From positions 56,732,001 to 56,796,000 of the forward strand of contig NW_024704743.1 of NCBI RefSeq assembly GCF_018977255.1: 64,000 nt of DNA. Direction: 5' to 3'. The stretch's first letter is position 1; every line of letters starts with the position of its first letter. Below are positions 36,059 to 50,167 of the stretch, piece after piece. Source of the stretch: Callorhinchus milii (taxonomy: Eukaryota). The notes beneath the pieces are model-generated. The model was not told the DNA's origin and did not search any database. It saw nothing but the letters and a program-made list of their open reading frames with translations. The position numbers and the translations under genes are program-made.

Positions 36059-39000
36059 TATATTAAATGCAAGGATTATTATTATAAGAGTTAAATTCAT
36101 TAACCCATAATAATAATCCTCACATTTGTTATAGCGCCTTTCATGTAGGGAGGAAATCTCAAGCAATTCACAGGAAATATCGTGTTTATAGTGTTGTGAC
36201 TGTATTTTGTATAAAAACTTATTTTGTTACATCTCTACTGTGGGCTTGTATTGATGATAAGATGGTATAAAATATGTCCTTTGAACCCTTTAGGATAATA
36301 ATAATGATTTTGTTGTTGCTTTTTAAACAGAGGTGCCACATATTATTACTGCTGCAGTCAACATGAGCCAATTCTGCTGCCTTTGGAAGCACCTACCACA
36401 TCATGCTCCAGGTGAGGAGGAGAAGGAATCTATGTTTGACCTCTGGTAGCAATGACACACATTTCAATATGTTAATATTGGGACGTCCTCCCGATGTGAA
36501 AGGCGCTATACAAATGTAATCTTGTTGTTGTTGTTAATAGGCACAGCTCACTGATAATGGGTGTCAGCTTAGCTCAGTTGGTAGAGCTCTTGCATTTGAG
36601 TCAGAGTGAGGTTTGATCTTACAATCTAGGCTGAGACTCCAGTGCAGTGATGGGAGATTGCTGTATTGATAGAGATGTTGTTTCTCAGATGAGATGTTAA
36701 ACCAAGTTCCCCTCTGCCCTTCAGGTGGATGTTTAAAAACACTGTGGCACTATTTGAAAAGAGAAGGGCGTTTCTCCCAGTGCCCTGTCCAACAATCCTC
36801 CAGATAAAAAAATGTTTTTTTCATTTTGCCCTTGTTTATAGGACATTACTCTGTACAAATTGGCTGTTAAACCAATACATTTTACAATAAAATTTGTTAA
36901 AAGTTTTTGACAATGCGATAAGGTGCTATAATCAAACATAAGCATTATTATAGGCTGTCCTGATTTTCAACTGTTCTTACATTCCTGCAAAAATAGCAAT
37001 GCATATTTTTCTTTGTGACCCTACATGGCATTTCCCAGAGAATGCTTGTGATCAGATAAAAAAAAGTTGTAAAGTTTGATCTGGAAATCCCTGAACATGC
37101 ATGAGATCTTGTTCTCAGTTGTTTTGTGCTTTGGATTCAATAAACAGGGCAGTATCTCCACACTGGAGGCTCAAAATTTGTCATGGTCTTAGCCTTAAGA
37201 TCACTGTTTTTTAATTGAACCGTATGCAGCTTTTTTGAAAATTCGCAAATTCGGATTTTTGTTTGAAAGTCGGGGTTTCTGCAGTTCTTTCAGGTACTTC
37301 AGAAAACTGATTTCCAAATTAAAAGTGAATTCAAGACTTTCCCCAGATTCTGTATGTGTTCAAATTTCAGGCTAAGACCATGAAAAGTTTCTGGCCTGAG
37401 AAGCCTTATGTTACTTCAGAATCGCAGGTCAGAAATTCCATCAAAGGTCTTAACCTTTTAAGACTTAACAGAATACTCTTAACTGGGATACTCCTTAATA
37501 CTCTTAACCTGTTATTGCTGTTATTGTCTTAGCCTTTATGCAGAATTGTGATCATTTCTTAAATTCAATCTTCTGCAATTCTTAAATAGTTAAAAACGGA
37601 TTTAAGAATTTTTCGCTTTTCTCTGCAACCTTAACATTTAACAGGATCAAAAGATCACAAGATTGATCTAGATGAAGAGGCTTTTCGGCCTGTCTGATCT
37701 CATTCCTCCAGAACATCCATCCCCCATCATTGCGTCAAGCTGCGTTTTAAACAAGTCTATTGCCCTGACCTCTACTACCTTTCCTGGCCACCCGTTTTAG
37801 TCATTGATTACCCTCTGCATGAAGAAAAAAATGACATTTGACTCATCACTGAATGAAATGTCACATGAAGTTTATGGTGAATAAAATATAAATTTTCATA
37901 ATGTGTTATTTACTTATTGATAATGCTAACAAGTGTCAAGGCAAGGTTATCAATATCATGAAATGATCACTTATTCATAAAATCCGTGACTCCTAATTTC
38001 AGTCATTTCATGGTTTCAAAATTTTACTGAAAATTTCAGAGATTTCGCAACACCCCTGGTTTCACAACTTTACTGTAGCATACGTGTGTATATTGTCATA
38101 ATCAAACCAGCAACTGTTCAGGTTGTTGTGCCAGTTTTCAATGTTGCTTCATTGTGCATTCACAGTTCAATGCTTGTCCCTGAAGTCCCATAAAGACTGG
38201 TTGTTAAGAAATATGAAAATGATTCTGTAAATGACTCTCATGACCTTATTCACAGGATTAGGTCATGTACAGAATATTTTGTTTGTTTGTTTGTCATACT
38301 CACATATACTATTTTTAGTCATTGTTTCTTTTTGAAATACCCCGAATTTCAGCTGTAAGAGCAAGCATGTGATCTGCTGCAGGCCACCATCAAGTGCCAT
38401 CTTCCAAAGAAACGCAAAAAAAATTTCAAAATTGCACATGTGATTGTGCCTCTGAGTTACCCAGTGGCTGGGGTGATGCACAATGATAATAATAATAATA
38501 ATAATCCTTGTATTTGATAGAGCACCTAAGACCATTCAAATAACCCATTAAAAAATATATTGTTTTAAAATTAAAATTTCTTTTCTATAATCTGAAAATT
38601 GTTTCTCCCTATTGTTTTTGTATTAAAAGGCGGTGACCAAATTGACTTGAGAAGCCCGAGGGGGAAAGAATTATCCTGATCTCAGGAAGAAATTCAGTCC
38701 GAAACATGTCATTAAAGTGAGTTGCCAGTCGATAGTGTTCCTGAATTTCTCCTGTGATAAGTAAGGAACAAAATGTGTTTAGGAATTCCACAATATTGCC
38801 TATTATTTTGTGGTTCTACAGATCACACACGGTATAAGATCATTGCTTTAGTTGACATTATGAAACAACTTATAAACCATAATTTCAAAAGGCTGGGCCT
38901 TTTGACAAAATTACTATTTAATGACAACATAAATAGTTGATGATTTTTGTAAAATGTATCATTGCTGTTCAATAGATTGCAATTGCCAGTTAACAGTAAA

Positions 39001-42000
39001 CATTCATACCACCTTATCTTTCCCCATCAATATTCTCTGGGCAAGCAATTGATTCTCTGAGCTGTATTCTTCTTCATTTTCCCCATGATTAAGCAGCGTG
39101 TCTGTGAATTTTATTTCCCGCTGGTGATCAGGATCATTGATTTTTAGAGCTTTGCTTTATAAGCTTTTTAAAATGATTTGAGATATTTTGTTCACTACTG
39201 AAACAAGCATCCCATTAAGTGGCTTTGATTGTCTCTTCTATTTTGTCTAATGAATTACAAGACCAGTTAATCTGTCTGACCTTTGTAATGCTGCATGCTC
39301 TGCCTGCCAAAGTGTGACTTTTGTACGTTATTAATGTCGCAAGATTGCAGTTGCATTTTAACAAGAAAATCATTGTCCCTGTAAAGATGGAAATATACAC
39401 AGAGACCCGGTGGCAATTCTGCAACATTATATGAATGATTTGATGTGATCAAATCTGTTATTGAAAATGTTGCAGATTTACCCACCCACTAACAATTTGT
39501 CGTTGTTTTGGTGAATCTGTTCAAGTTGTTTCCACAAAGGCCTGGACTCTATGAGGTGGTGTAGACCACAATGATTATACTCTATGTCCTCATCTATGTA
39601 GTCATCAGTGACCATCCGTCTGGGGTGATGGTGAAAGCAAAATCTTTTTGGAGCTGAGCTGGCTCCAGAGTGAAATGTTTCATATTGGAATGGTAGAATT
39701 GGGTCAATCATCTGTGGTGGACTCAATAGTCCGGTTCGTGAACCAGATGGGTCCGCAATACTCCAGAGCACTGCTGCTGACATGCTAGTCATCTTACTCA
39801 TCGTCAGGAAAAAATTCTAGACCACTATCCATTCTAACCTTGATTAAGGTTAAAAGAAAAATCTTTTGGTTAAGACTGTAAACTTGCCAATCTTGGTAGG
39901 TAAACTTGACTGCCTAGTGTTTGATAAATTTACTGATCAATAGCTTTTAATGGCTTTTTATGTCAATCTTGGTAAATTTTTACAATGGTCAGTGACTCAT
40001 CTCACATACACTTCCCCAGAATCCAATATTACTGACAGTCATTGTGTGTGGATTGAACCACCAGCACTGAACTTCTTAACTTCAGATATCAAAGATCTCA
40101 AGAGAACTTCGGATGTATAAAATCATTGAATCAATTTAATCCCATCCTTCCAGAATATCAAATTTAGTATCTTCCTGTAAGTGCACCAACCTGTATCTTA
40201 AATTTATCCTGTGTGCTGGCCTTTACCACCCTATCTAGCTGTTTAAGAGTGGCCTGATGACTAAAAGCATCCTAAATTCATACCCTCTTCTCCTCCTGCC
40301 TTATCATTACAGCACACTGCATCAGTGATACAGCACAGAAACAGCCTAATTACTCTGTGTTGTTAAATATCCCCAAAGTATTATTCTGAAATTACTTTCC
40401 AAAACCTATTTAGCCTTCATAAAGTTCTACAAGGTTCCCTCTGTGATATCTTCTTTCAAGCCTGGTTTATCCAATTATCCTTCATACTTCAACTGTGCAC
40501 CTCTGTAATAATAATCCTTGCAGTTGATATAGCGCCTTATCACGTCTTCGAGACGTCTCAAAGCGCTTCACAGAATATACTGTGAAGTGAATTGACTGTA
40601 TATTTTGTAGGCAAAACACGGCAGCTAATTGGGCACAGCAATGTCCCACAACAGTCATGGCTTGAACCCTATACCTGCAACTCAGATAGTTATTGAGATA
40701 GTTACAAGATCCAGGTACCTAGTGATGACATAAGGGGGAAGGGTTTCTGATACCAGGAGCACAGAGTAATCCACCCTGCCCAGATCACAGCATTTTATCA
40801 ATGTTTAGGCATGTTAGCCATTTTGCCTACCAACTACACAGTCACTATACCGTATGGCACATCCTTGATGTGTCCTCCTGACATAAAAGGCACTGTATTA
40901 TATGTAATATTATTCTTATTTAATATTATGTGCTGTTCCCTTCAAAATTCATATTTTCCAACTATGTCAATACTTTGCTATGTGCAAATTGAACTCAGAG
41001 GATCGAGTTCAAAATTCTCATCCTTACCTTCAAGGCCCTGCATGGCCTTGCCCCCTCCTACTTCTCTGACCTGCTAACCCCTTATCAACCTGTCCGCTCC
41101 CTCCACTCAGCAGGCTCCCGCCTGCTCCATGTTTCCGCCCGGCCGCCCCATCATCAGTCTTTCTGTCCCATCCTCTGGAAAGCCATCCCACCTTCACTTC
41201 GCCTCGCTCCCTCCCTTGCCTCCTTCAAGACACGCCTCAAGATCCTCCTCTCCTACTGTGCCTTTGTCCACCCTCCTACCTTCTCTGCCCTCCTTGATCC
41301 CAACCCCGCCCCTCTGCCCCTATTCTATATTTAATAACAATAAGCATAATCCTTACATTAGCTGTAGCAGCTTTCTCATCAAGCACTTCTCAAAGCACTT
41401 CATAAAATTTATTGCAAAGTGGAGTGACTCTGTATTTGTAAGCATAGAGCAATGCCTCATAAACAGCCATGAAGTGAATGATCAATTTTAGTTGGGGGAA
41501 TGTTGGCCAGGACATCAGGAGACACTCCCATCTCTTTTCAAATAGTGTAATGGGATCTTGAGTGCTGGGATCACCCTACTCTATCTCTCTGCTTCTACCC
41601 TTGACCCCAGGACCACTGCTGTCCTGGCAGACTGCCTGTCAGACATCAAATCCTGGATGAGAGCTAACTTTCTACGATTGAATGTCAGCAAGACCGAGGC
41701 TCTCCTGATTGGCTCGCGCCAGTGCATCCATACCTCAGACGCTGACAGCATCACCATCCAAGGATGCACACTCCACCTCACCAAACTAGTCAGGAATCTA
41801 GGCATCTTGTTCGAACCTCAACTGTCCTTTCTTCCCCACATCCATGCCATGACCGGCTCTGCCTTCCCCACCTCCTCAACATTGCCCGACTCTGCCACTG
41901 CCTCACCCCTCAGGCCACTGAAACCCTCATAGATGCCTTCATTACAACCAGGCTCGTCTATGCCAAAGCCCTGCTTCTCGGACTTCCCAGCCACAGATCA

Positions 42001-45000
42001 TCCAGAGCTTTGCATGCTTGTATCCTCTGTATTGTGCATTGAATTGTATCTTCAATGCCCATCTGAACAGGCAGGGTTCAAACATTGTGTTGTAACAAGA
42101 GCCATTTATAATAATAAATTATTAATACTAATAATCTTTACAAAAACAGAGAGAGCTGGGAAAAGCCAGCAGATCAGGCAGTATCTATGGAGAAAGGAAA
42201 GTGAGTCAACGTTTCGGGTCCACGACCCTTCGTAAGAAAGGTAAATCCTTACATTTGATACAGTATCTTTTACCTTGGGAGAGTGTCTTGAAGTGCTTCA
42301 AAAGATAAACTGCAATGTCCAGTGACTATGTAGTTTGTAGGTAATTGAAATTGCAAAGTTTAACTGTAATCTTTGTTGAACTGTATGTTTTGGAGTTTTG
42401 AATTCTGAGAAAAAAGTACTCAATCTTTTATTTTTAATTATTTTGGTACTGATAAATAGTTTCTATGCATCTGTATTTCAGTGCAAACCACAGGAAATTG
42501 CTCATACTTCATTAAGATTCTGTCTTCGCCTACAAGAGAATTGTTCCTTACCATTTAAGATCATGCAGAATTGTGGAAAATTCTTAATTTGGAGACTGGT
42601 CCTGCAGAAAAACGTTTTTCAAATTAAAAGTGAATTTAAAAAAAGACTACAATTCTGTGTGCTTTTAATTTTTACGACAAAATGCCCTTACAGCTTATGA
42701 TTGAACAGAATTTTAATGCCTCAGTAGCATTGAATTGTGACCCTAACATTGTCCAATAATTATTACTTCTGGCAGGTAAGAGCATTACTCAAGTAATGCA
42801 GTTTGTTTGGGTGCAGGTTCAAAAAAAATCTTAATGCTGAGCATCGGCACAGTTTCTTTTGTGTTTACAGTGTTCAGTGTTTCACAGTTTGCCTGCTGAA
42901 GTCCAAAAGTATTTTTGTGCAGAAGTGTATGAAACAAGTAAAAGAGTGTGTGGTTCTTGGTTCCTTTGATGTTATGTGTATCACTAGGAGCCCCCTATTG
43001 TAAACTCCTCAAGTCCATTGAAAGTGTCAAAAACCTTCTTCTTTACTGAGGCTAGGTCATATTTTATTTATTCAGCACAGGTTGTCTTTTCTTTCTGATA
43101 CTAAATAATGAAACTTTGCCTGCTCAAGAAAATAATTTGCTTTCAAGGGAGCTGCTGTGCCAAGTATGGCACAGGTTTTCCATGTGGGGCAGATTCTACC
43201 TCAGTTCATTGGTACTTTGTTAGCTATATCACTTTTACTTTGAAAACAGTGAAAGCAGGGCTGTTTGAAGTCCCTGCAAAATCAATCCTGCTGTGTTATT
43301 TATGAGCCATTGAACTATTGAGTTCCTTTATCCCCCTCCTGGCATCTGACACATATGCCGTTATTCCCTCTCCCTCCAGCATCTCACACATACGCAGATT
43401 CACTGCTTGTCTCTCCCATAGTCTCTCTGTCATACTGTCAAGTCAATAACATGAAAGTGTCAGCCTTCATTCTTGTCGATTAATATTTTTTGCATCTTCT
43501 TGCAAAAATGACGGTAAGGTCAAGAAATTAGGATAGATGAAACGTTTGGTGCATTGTATATATGTTGATGCTTAGCAGGGTTTCTGTAGTGAGCATATCC
43601 GCATTGGGACAGGCTTAATATAATGTGTAATAAATTTAACTGGCAGGGTAATGAGATTTTTAGATGACTTGTGTCACTGGGGAAAGTTGAATGCAGTAGG
43701 AAAGGAGCACAAATCGATCATTCACAATCTCCCAATATGATCATTAAAGTTTTCTATTATGAAGAGATCAGCTGGACATTAGTGTGAGTTTTGTCACTTT
43801 TTTTACAATTTTGCAATTATCCAGCCTTGCCTGCATATTCTTTTTTGCAGTTTATAGGGTGAAAATGCAATGTTTCAAAGCAGATCTGATGTAATACTTA
43901 CAATGTCTGTCAGCAATAGATTGTTTTTTGATGTGAAAATTCAGCCCCTCCACTTAAGCACAATAATATGCCATCTTTGTTCTCTATAAAGCTATCTCCA
44001 TTGTTATTTAGCCCATCAAGGTGGTTAAGAAGGATTAGATTTTTTACCCCAGCACAATTTGAAATAATAATAAATAATAATCCTTCCATTTGATATAGCC
44101 CTTTTCACGTCTTCTCGACATCTCAAGGCGCTTCACAGAATAGACTGTAAAGTAAATTGACTGTATATTTGTGGGCGAAACGTGGCAACCAATTGCACAC
44201 AGCAGTGTCCCACAAACAGTCGTGGATTGAAAATGACCAATTTATTATTCTTTTGTTTTGGAGGGATTATTATTAGGCATGTGGAGTAAGGAAGGTTTCG
44301 CCCTGCCTGCATTTGAAATAACAATTTTGAAGCATTATACACTGTAGTTATTTTGCTTACTTTTGAATTACAATGCTCCTTGAACTGAATTCCATAGCTG
44401 TCACCATGGAGAGGCACTGAGCAAGAAGCCAAGTGTTTTTCTGCAGAAGAGAGCCAACCGAGGCTGCTCACATATGTCTTGGCCACTGTGCTCAAAGAAA
44501 CACACAAGTAGGTCAGTCACCTGTACTCTTAGCCGGGGATGGCGATTAGTGCAAGAGACCCACAAAGCAAGAGAGGTCTATTTGAGTGGTAAAGACTGCT
44601 ATCCAAAAATCAAACCAATATGAATATCAATGCAGAGGTTTTCTCATCATGGCTCATTTGGTGAAGCTGTGATCAAGCAGGACATTTAAACATTCCGAGC
44701 AGGCAGGTCCCACTCTGCATAGCCCAGCTATTCAATAGGTAAAAAACTGGTTTGAAACATTAACAGTGTGAGGCAACCTGCTAGATATTGGCTTAATTAT
44801 TCTGATAACAACCACTTGCAGGTAGCTTTACACCCTACTTTGAACAGCAGAGCATCAAAATCCATGCATTAAATAAGACGCATCCATTTTCTTTCAGAAA
44901 GTAAAAAAACTGCACCTTCAGGAACTATTCCCAAAGATACTTCTTCTGCTGGGAATTAAATGTATCAGCACAGCTGGGCGTGCAACCATTAGGTAATTAG

Positions 45001-48000
45001 TAGGTTACTAAGCCCATGCACTGAATGTATTATTCAGGTCTTTTTCTAACCACTTATTTTCCTGTACATACTAACCCTTTTCTGATATGTATTTCCTAAG
45101 GCACCACCCAACCTCACTGAAATGACTATTCTTTGCATGTGAGCCTAAACAGTGAGCATTGGCTATTTATTCAACCACCCTCATATGATCACTACAATTA
45201 CGTTTTAGCAGGGTCACAGGATAGAAATCTGACATTTTACTCCCTCTCTAGCTCAGGAGAGCTATGGCCAACTGAAAAGTTGAGGTCAGCTAATCGAGGT
45301 CAGATCAGAATTCAGGCCTGTGATTTTCTGCTGTTTCACTGTTTCACAAGACTATTTGAATTCAAAGTCCCAACATGGGGCTTGACCACACATCTTTCTT
45401 GACTTGGAGGCAGAAGTACAACTAACTGAAGCAGGTTGACACACAACGTGAGTCTGCTTCTTGTTAGTTGCAGATACTTCTATTGTACATTGTAGGTATG
45501 ATTGTTTTCACAGGTCAGAATCACACATATAACAGCAGTATTACAGACAATCCGAGTTGGTATTCGCTTCACCAAGACTGACCAGATCTCTTTCTTCCTT
45601 CTAGCTTTATTTAAAAATTATTCCAGTTTTTTAAAAAATGTTTGTAAAATACAACACACACAATGTGCATGCGTTCCACTTTAGCAATTACAGTTGGTAC
45701 TCCCCGAGGTGCTATGCACAGATGAGACCAATTAATCTAAAACACCATCATTATGTTATCTGTCTTATTTGGCAGAACATTCTCTAAACTCTCTTCCGCA
45801 CCTGAACAATGGAATAATCGAGTGTTCTCCCACGTTCAAAATCACAAAGCTATTACAATAATGATCAAATCTTTTCATGATACCCATTAAATGTTTCAAT
45901 CCCTCTGTAAATGTATCAAACCAGTTGTTTTTTTGGTCAGCCGGGTGTGTAACGCATGTGGAAAGTCATCACCATGCTTAAGAGTATCCAAACCAAACAG
46001 AGTTCCTTGTATTCCATCTATACATAGAAATTCCAGCGATGTTTACTGGAATGGAATACAGACTCTCTCCTTGGAAGGACTCATCCTGCTCACCTAATTC
46101 TGGAGTATATTAGACCCAGATTGGCAAGAGCCAAGGCTTGGGGACACCACAGTGTGTGTTGGGGTACTGCTTGTATTTAACCAGCTAAAGCCGCATAGCT
46201 TGCCATTGAGAGCACTTGGCAAGATGTTGTCACATGCTCTCAATATGTTCCCGCTGTTCGTCAAGCTAGTACAACAATCTTTCGTGTTTTTTTCCCTTTC
46301 TCCCCACCAGTCTCTTTTGCTCCCAGGATAATGGATTTGAGTGCCTTTATAATACAATGGTTAGGACCCACAAAACCCCAATGAGGCATGATAGCTAGTT
46401 TTGCTGCCATTGTGCACAATCAGCCAGGACTCTGCTTAAGCATGGGCTGGTTGCCATGCTAAAAAGTAAAATGCACAACTTCCAAGTCATCAGATCAATT
46501 CCTAGTGCATGCACAAAGTAGGAAGTGATGGCGGTGTTCATCTTATGACTCAGAAGATGCCCATTTTGTTGCAAAAGCTGTCTGGTGCATGAAAAACAAG
46601 TGGACTGGCTGCTGACAGGCTCAGTGAATGGGCTCACAATGCAAACACATCATAAGAAACTTTTCGCTATAAACCCATTGTAATAGTAATAATCCTTGTA
46701 TTTGATACAGCACCTTATCATCTCTTCAAGACATCGCTAAGTGTTTCATAGGATACACTGTAAAGTGAATTGACTGTATATTTTGTGTGCGAACGCAGCA
46801 GCCAATTGCTTGCATCAATGTACTCCAAACAGACATGGGTTGAAATGACTAATTTATTATTATTAATATTTTTTGAAAGAATTATTATCCCCAGAAAAGC
46901 AATCCGCCAATCAACTAACAAACGGGTTCCTACTCATTGCTAGGTGAACAGAGGGGTGTGTGTGGAGTAAGGAAACTTGCCCAACATTTTGCCTTGACCT
47001 GCCCGGGAATTGAATCCAGATCCTCTCGCTTGCGAGGCAAGCGCTTTAACCAATGAGCTGCAGGACTCCACAAAAAGCAATGAGAGAGAGAATGGTGTGG
47101 AGAGTTCGTCAACAAAACCGTTTCTGTTTTTTGATAAAGGTCGTCAGAAACGCAGGAGCATTTGTAGGAAAAGTTGTTCCTGCTCCTCTCACCCACCAAG
47201 GCTAATCAAATGGATTTCTTATCCTGAATTTAAATTTTTTTCTATTTCCTTCATACATACATTCTGCTCCTCATTAACACTCCCGAGGCCTGCAGGACTG
47301 GTGTCTAGAGAGAGGCAGAGCCAAGGGGCAAGAAGTTTTAGTGTTGAAGAAGGATTGTTTGTGCTGACAAGGGAGACACCAGTGTGTGATGGAGAGACAG
47401 ACAGCCACGGTCTCACATTCCCTCAAGCTGTCGTCGGAACTGAAAGACTTGAGGTTCTGGAACCACACTGTACTTTGGAGGGAAACTAAGTGTTTCTTTC
47501 TCCTTCCCCTTGTCTAGCTCAAAACTATACACGATAATTTGGTTTTGAACATAGGCATTTTGATCAAATCACCAACATTCTACCCAATATTTAGCCTTTT
47601 TGTTAGTCAGCCAGTTTCTGCCACATGGGGAAACCCATCACCATGCTCAAGAGTATCCAAACCAATCTGAGAATTCCATGCATGCTATCTAACTGGAGGG
47701 ACACACCCTGCTAACCTAATTACAGATAGTTTTAGGCACGGGCTGGCAGAGTGTGCATTGGGATACCGTGGAGTTTAATCAGCAGAAACCACATAGCTTG
47801 CCATTGAAAACACTTTCTATTAAGCTTTCCCACTACATATCTCGCTAGGATCACCCTACTCATTAGAGCTTTGGCTAGCCATTAAAACCATTTTGTCTTC
47901 AAATTATAGCGGCACAGAATTATGGAAAGTTCTTAAGAATTTTCTGCTGAAACTGACTTCCACATTATAATTGGATTGAAAATGTTTCCATGATTCTTAC

Positions 48001-49081
48001 ACCCTTCTTATATTTTAAGATAAAATGGAATTTCAGAACTAAATGGAACAAGCAATTGGAGTTAGGAAAAATCTCAAGCACAATAAAGAAAGTAACAATA
48101 GGAATGAAAGAAATTGTGAAGGGCTGGTTTATTCAGAAATAAAGTGCCTCCAGAGAGACTATGTAACCCAATTTTGCTTCAGGCATATGAAGGCTGCAAT
48201 ATATTTCCCAATAAACCACTGCTCATTTATCCGACATGCAGAGCAATACTTGTGTGGTCTGAGAAGCCCCAGATTACTACTTTGCAGCATGGCCCTGCTC
48301 TGAATGAAAAATAAATGAAATCTATTTAAAATAAAATGTCACATCCATTTGCAACCTTGAGTAACCATTTATAGTGAATAAATGTTTCCTGTTCAAATGT
48401 GGGGACAGCAGTTTAAACCTTCTTTTATTACCAGAGAGAATTCATTCCGATTGTTGTTTTTACAGCACCTTAAACTATAGATGAGCAGAATATTCATTCA
48501 ACTGAGGTTTTATTCAACTTTGTGACTCCTATTCTATGTCATAGTATTGTGTGTTTTACAACCCAAATCAGACACTGGAATTAACTCTTTAATGAATACT
48601 TTTGAGCCTTGTCAATGTTTTAAATTCTCCCTATCATTTTCCACTATTATTAGACCTGGATGTTTTTGCTCCATACTACGCACAGTAAATCATATTTGAC
48701 TAAATAAAATTATTGTGAAGGCAACAGTGTGATATGTTTTCCGGATAGACCTTTCTCTTATAAATTAAAACTAATAAAAATAAATAAAATAAAAATGAAA
48801 GTTTGACTAATTTTTGTACTCAAAAATTTACATTTATATAGTGTCACTTCACATAGGATACTCAAAGGTTAAGTAGCTATCGAACCTTAGTTCAAACAAT
48901 TCAATGAGTTCTAAAGTGCTAATTAAAATAATTGTTTTTGAACCAGATAAATGTTTCTAATTCATGGGTGAGCAGAATAGTGTTTGTGTTTTTTACATTT
49001 GAAGAAAGATGTTTTTTACCAAGTGAGGCAGGGGTGACATTTCATTTTTGAGATAACAGATTCTATAAATTGTATCTCTTA

Positions 49082-50167
49082 GTTCCTCAGGGCTCTGTCC
49101 TCGGGCTACTCCTCTTCAATCTATACATGCTCCCGCTCGGTGATGTCATCCGCAGGCATGGTGTCAATTTCCACATGTATACGGATGACACCCAACTCTA
49201 TCTCACCGCCTCCACCCTCAACTCGAGGACTGTTGATGTCCTGGCTAATTGTCTCTCTGACATCAAGTACTGGATGAGAGCCAATTTCCTCCAGCTCAAT
49301 GTTGGCAAGACAGAGCCCCTCCTGCTTGGCTCCCGGCAGCGCCTCTTCACCTTAGCTGCTCACACTGTCACCATTTATGGCTACATTCTTCACCTCACCA
49401 AGCCAATCCGAAACCTCGGTGTCCTTTTCGACCCTCGGCTGTCCTTCAAACCCCACATTCATGCCGTGACACGTTCCGCCTTTCTACACCTCTGCAACAT
49501 TGACTGCCTCCGCCACTGTCTCTCACTGCAGGCCGCCGAGATCCTGATCCATGCTATCATACCTCCCAGCTTGACTGCGCCAACTGCCTGATCAATGGAC
49601 TTCCCAACTCTTTCCTCCACAAACTGCAGATTGTTCAGAACTCTGCAGCTTGTGTCCTCTTCCGCACGAGGCTCCGGGAACCTATCACTCCCATTCTTGC
49701 CCAGCTTCTCTGGCTCCCCATTCCTCAGAGAATCGAGTACAAAATCCATGTTCTTACCTTCAAAGCCGTCCACGGTCTTGCTCCCCCTACGTCTCTGACC
49801 TCATAACCCCATATCAGCCTGTCTGCTCCTTCCGCTTGGCAGACACCAACCTGCTTCAGGTTCCCCGCACTTCCCGCCCCACCACTGGCGGTCGGGAATT
49901 CAGCATCTCTGCCCCCACTCTCTGAAACTCTATCCCGCAATCCCTCCGCCTCAATCCCTCTCCTGCTTCATTCAAGTCCTGTCCAAAGACCTTCCTCTTC
50001 GATCGTGCCTTCAACCACCCTTCCATCCCCAGCTCCCCTCCCTCTTCCCCTTCTGACCCCAAATCCCAGCTCAGGTCCAAAACCCCTGATTGTCTAGTGC
50101 CCTAGGACATTTTTTTGACATGAAGGGTGCGATACAAGTGTGATTTGTTGTTGTTGTTGTTGTTGTT
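49082..50167 (+). mobile_element. L2 LINE 3' portion (duplicate of 28299-29379)
   Basis: ORF 49070-49591 carries the RT motifs in a single frame. Confidence 0.95.
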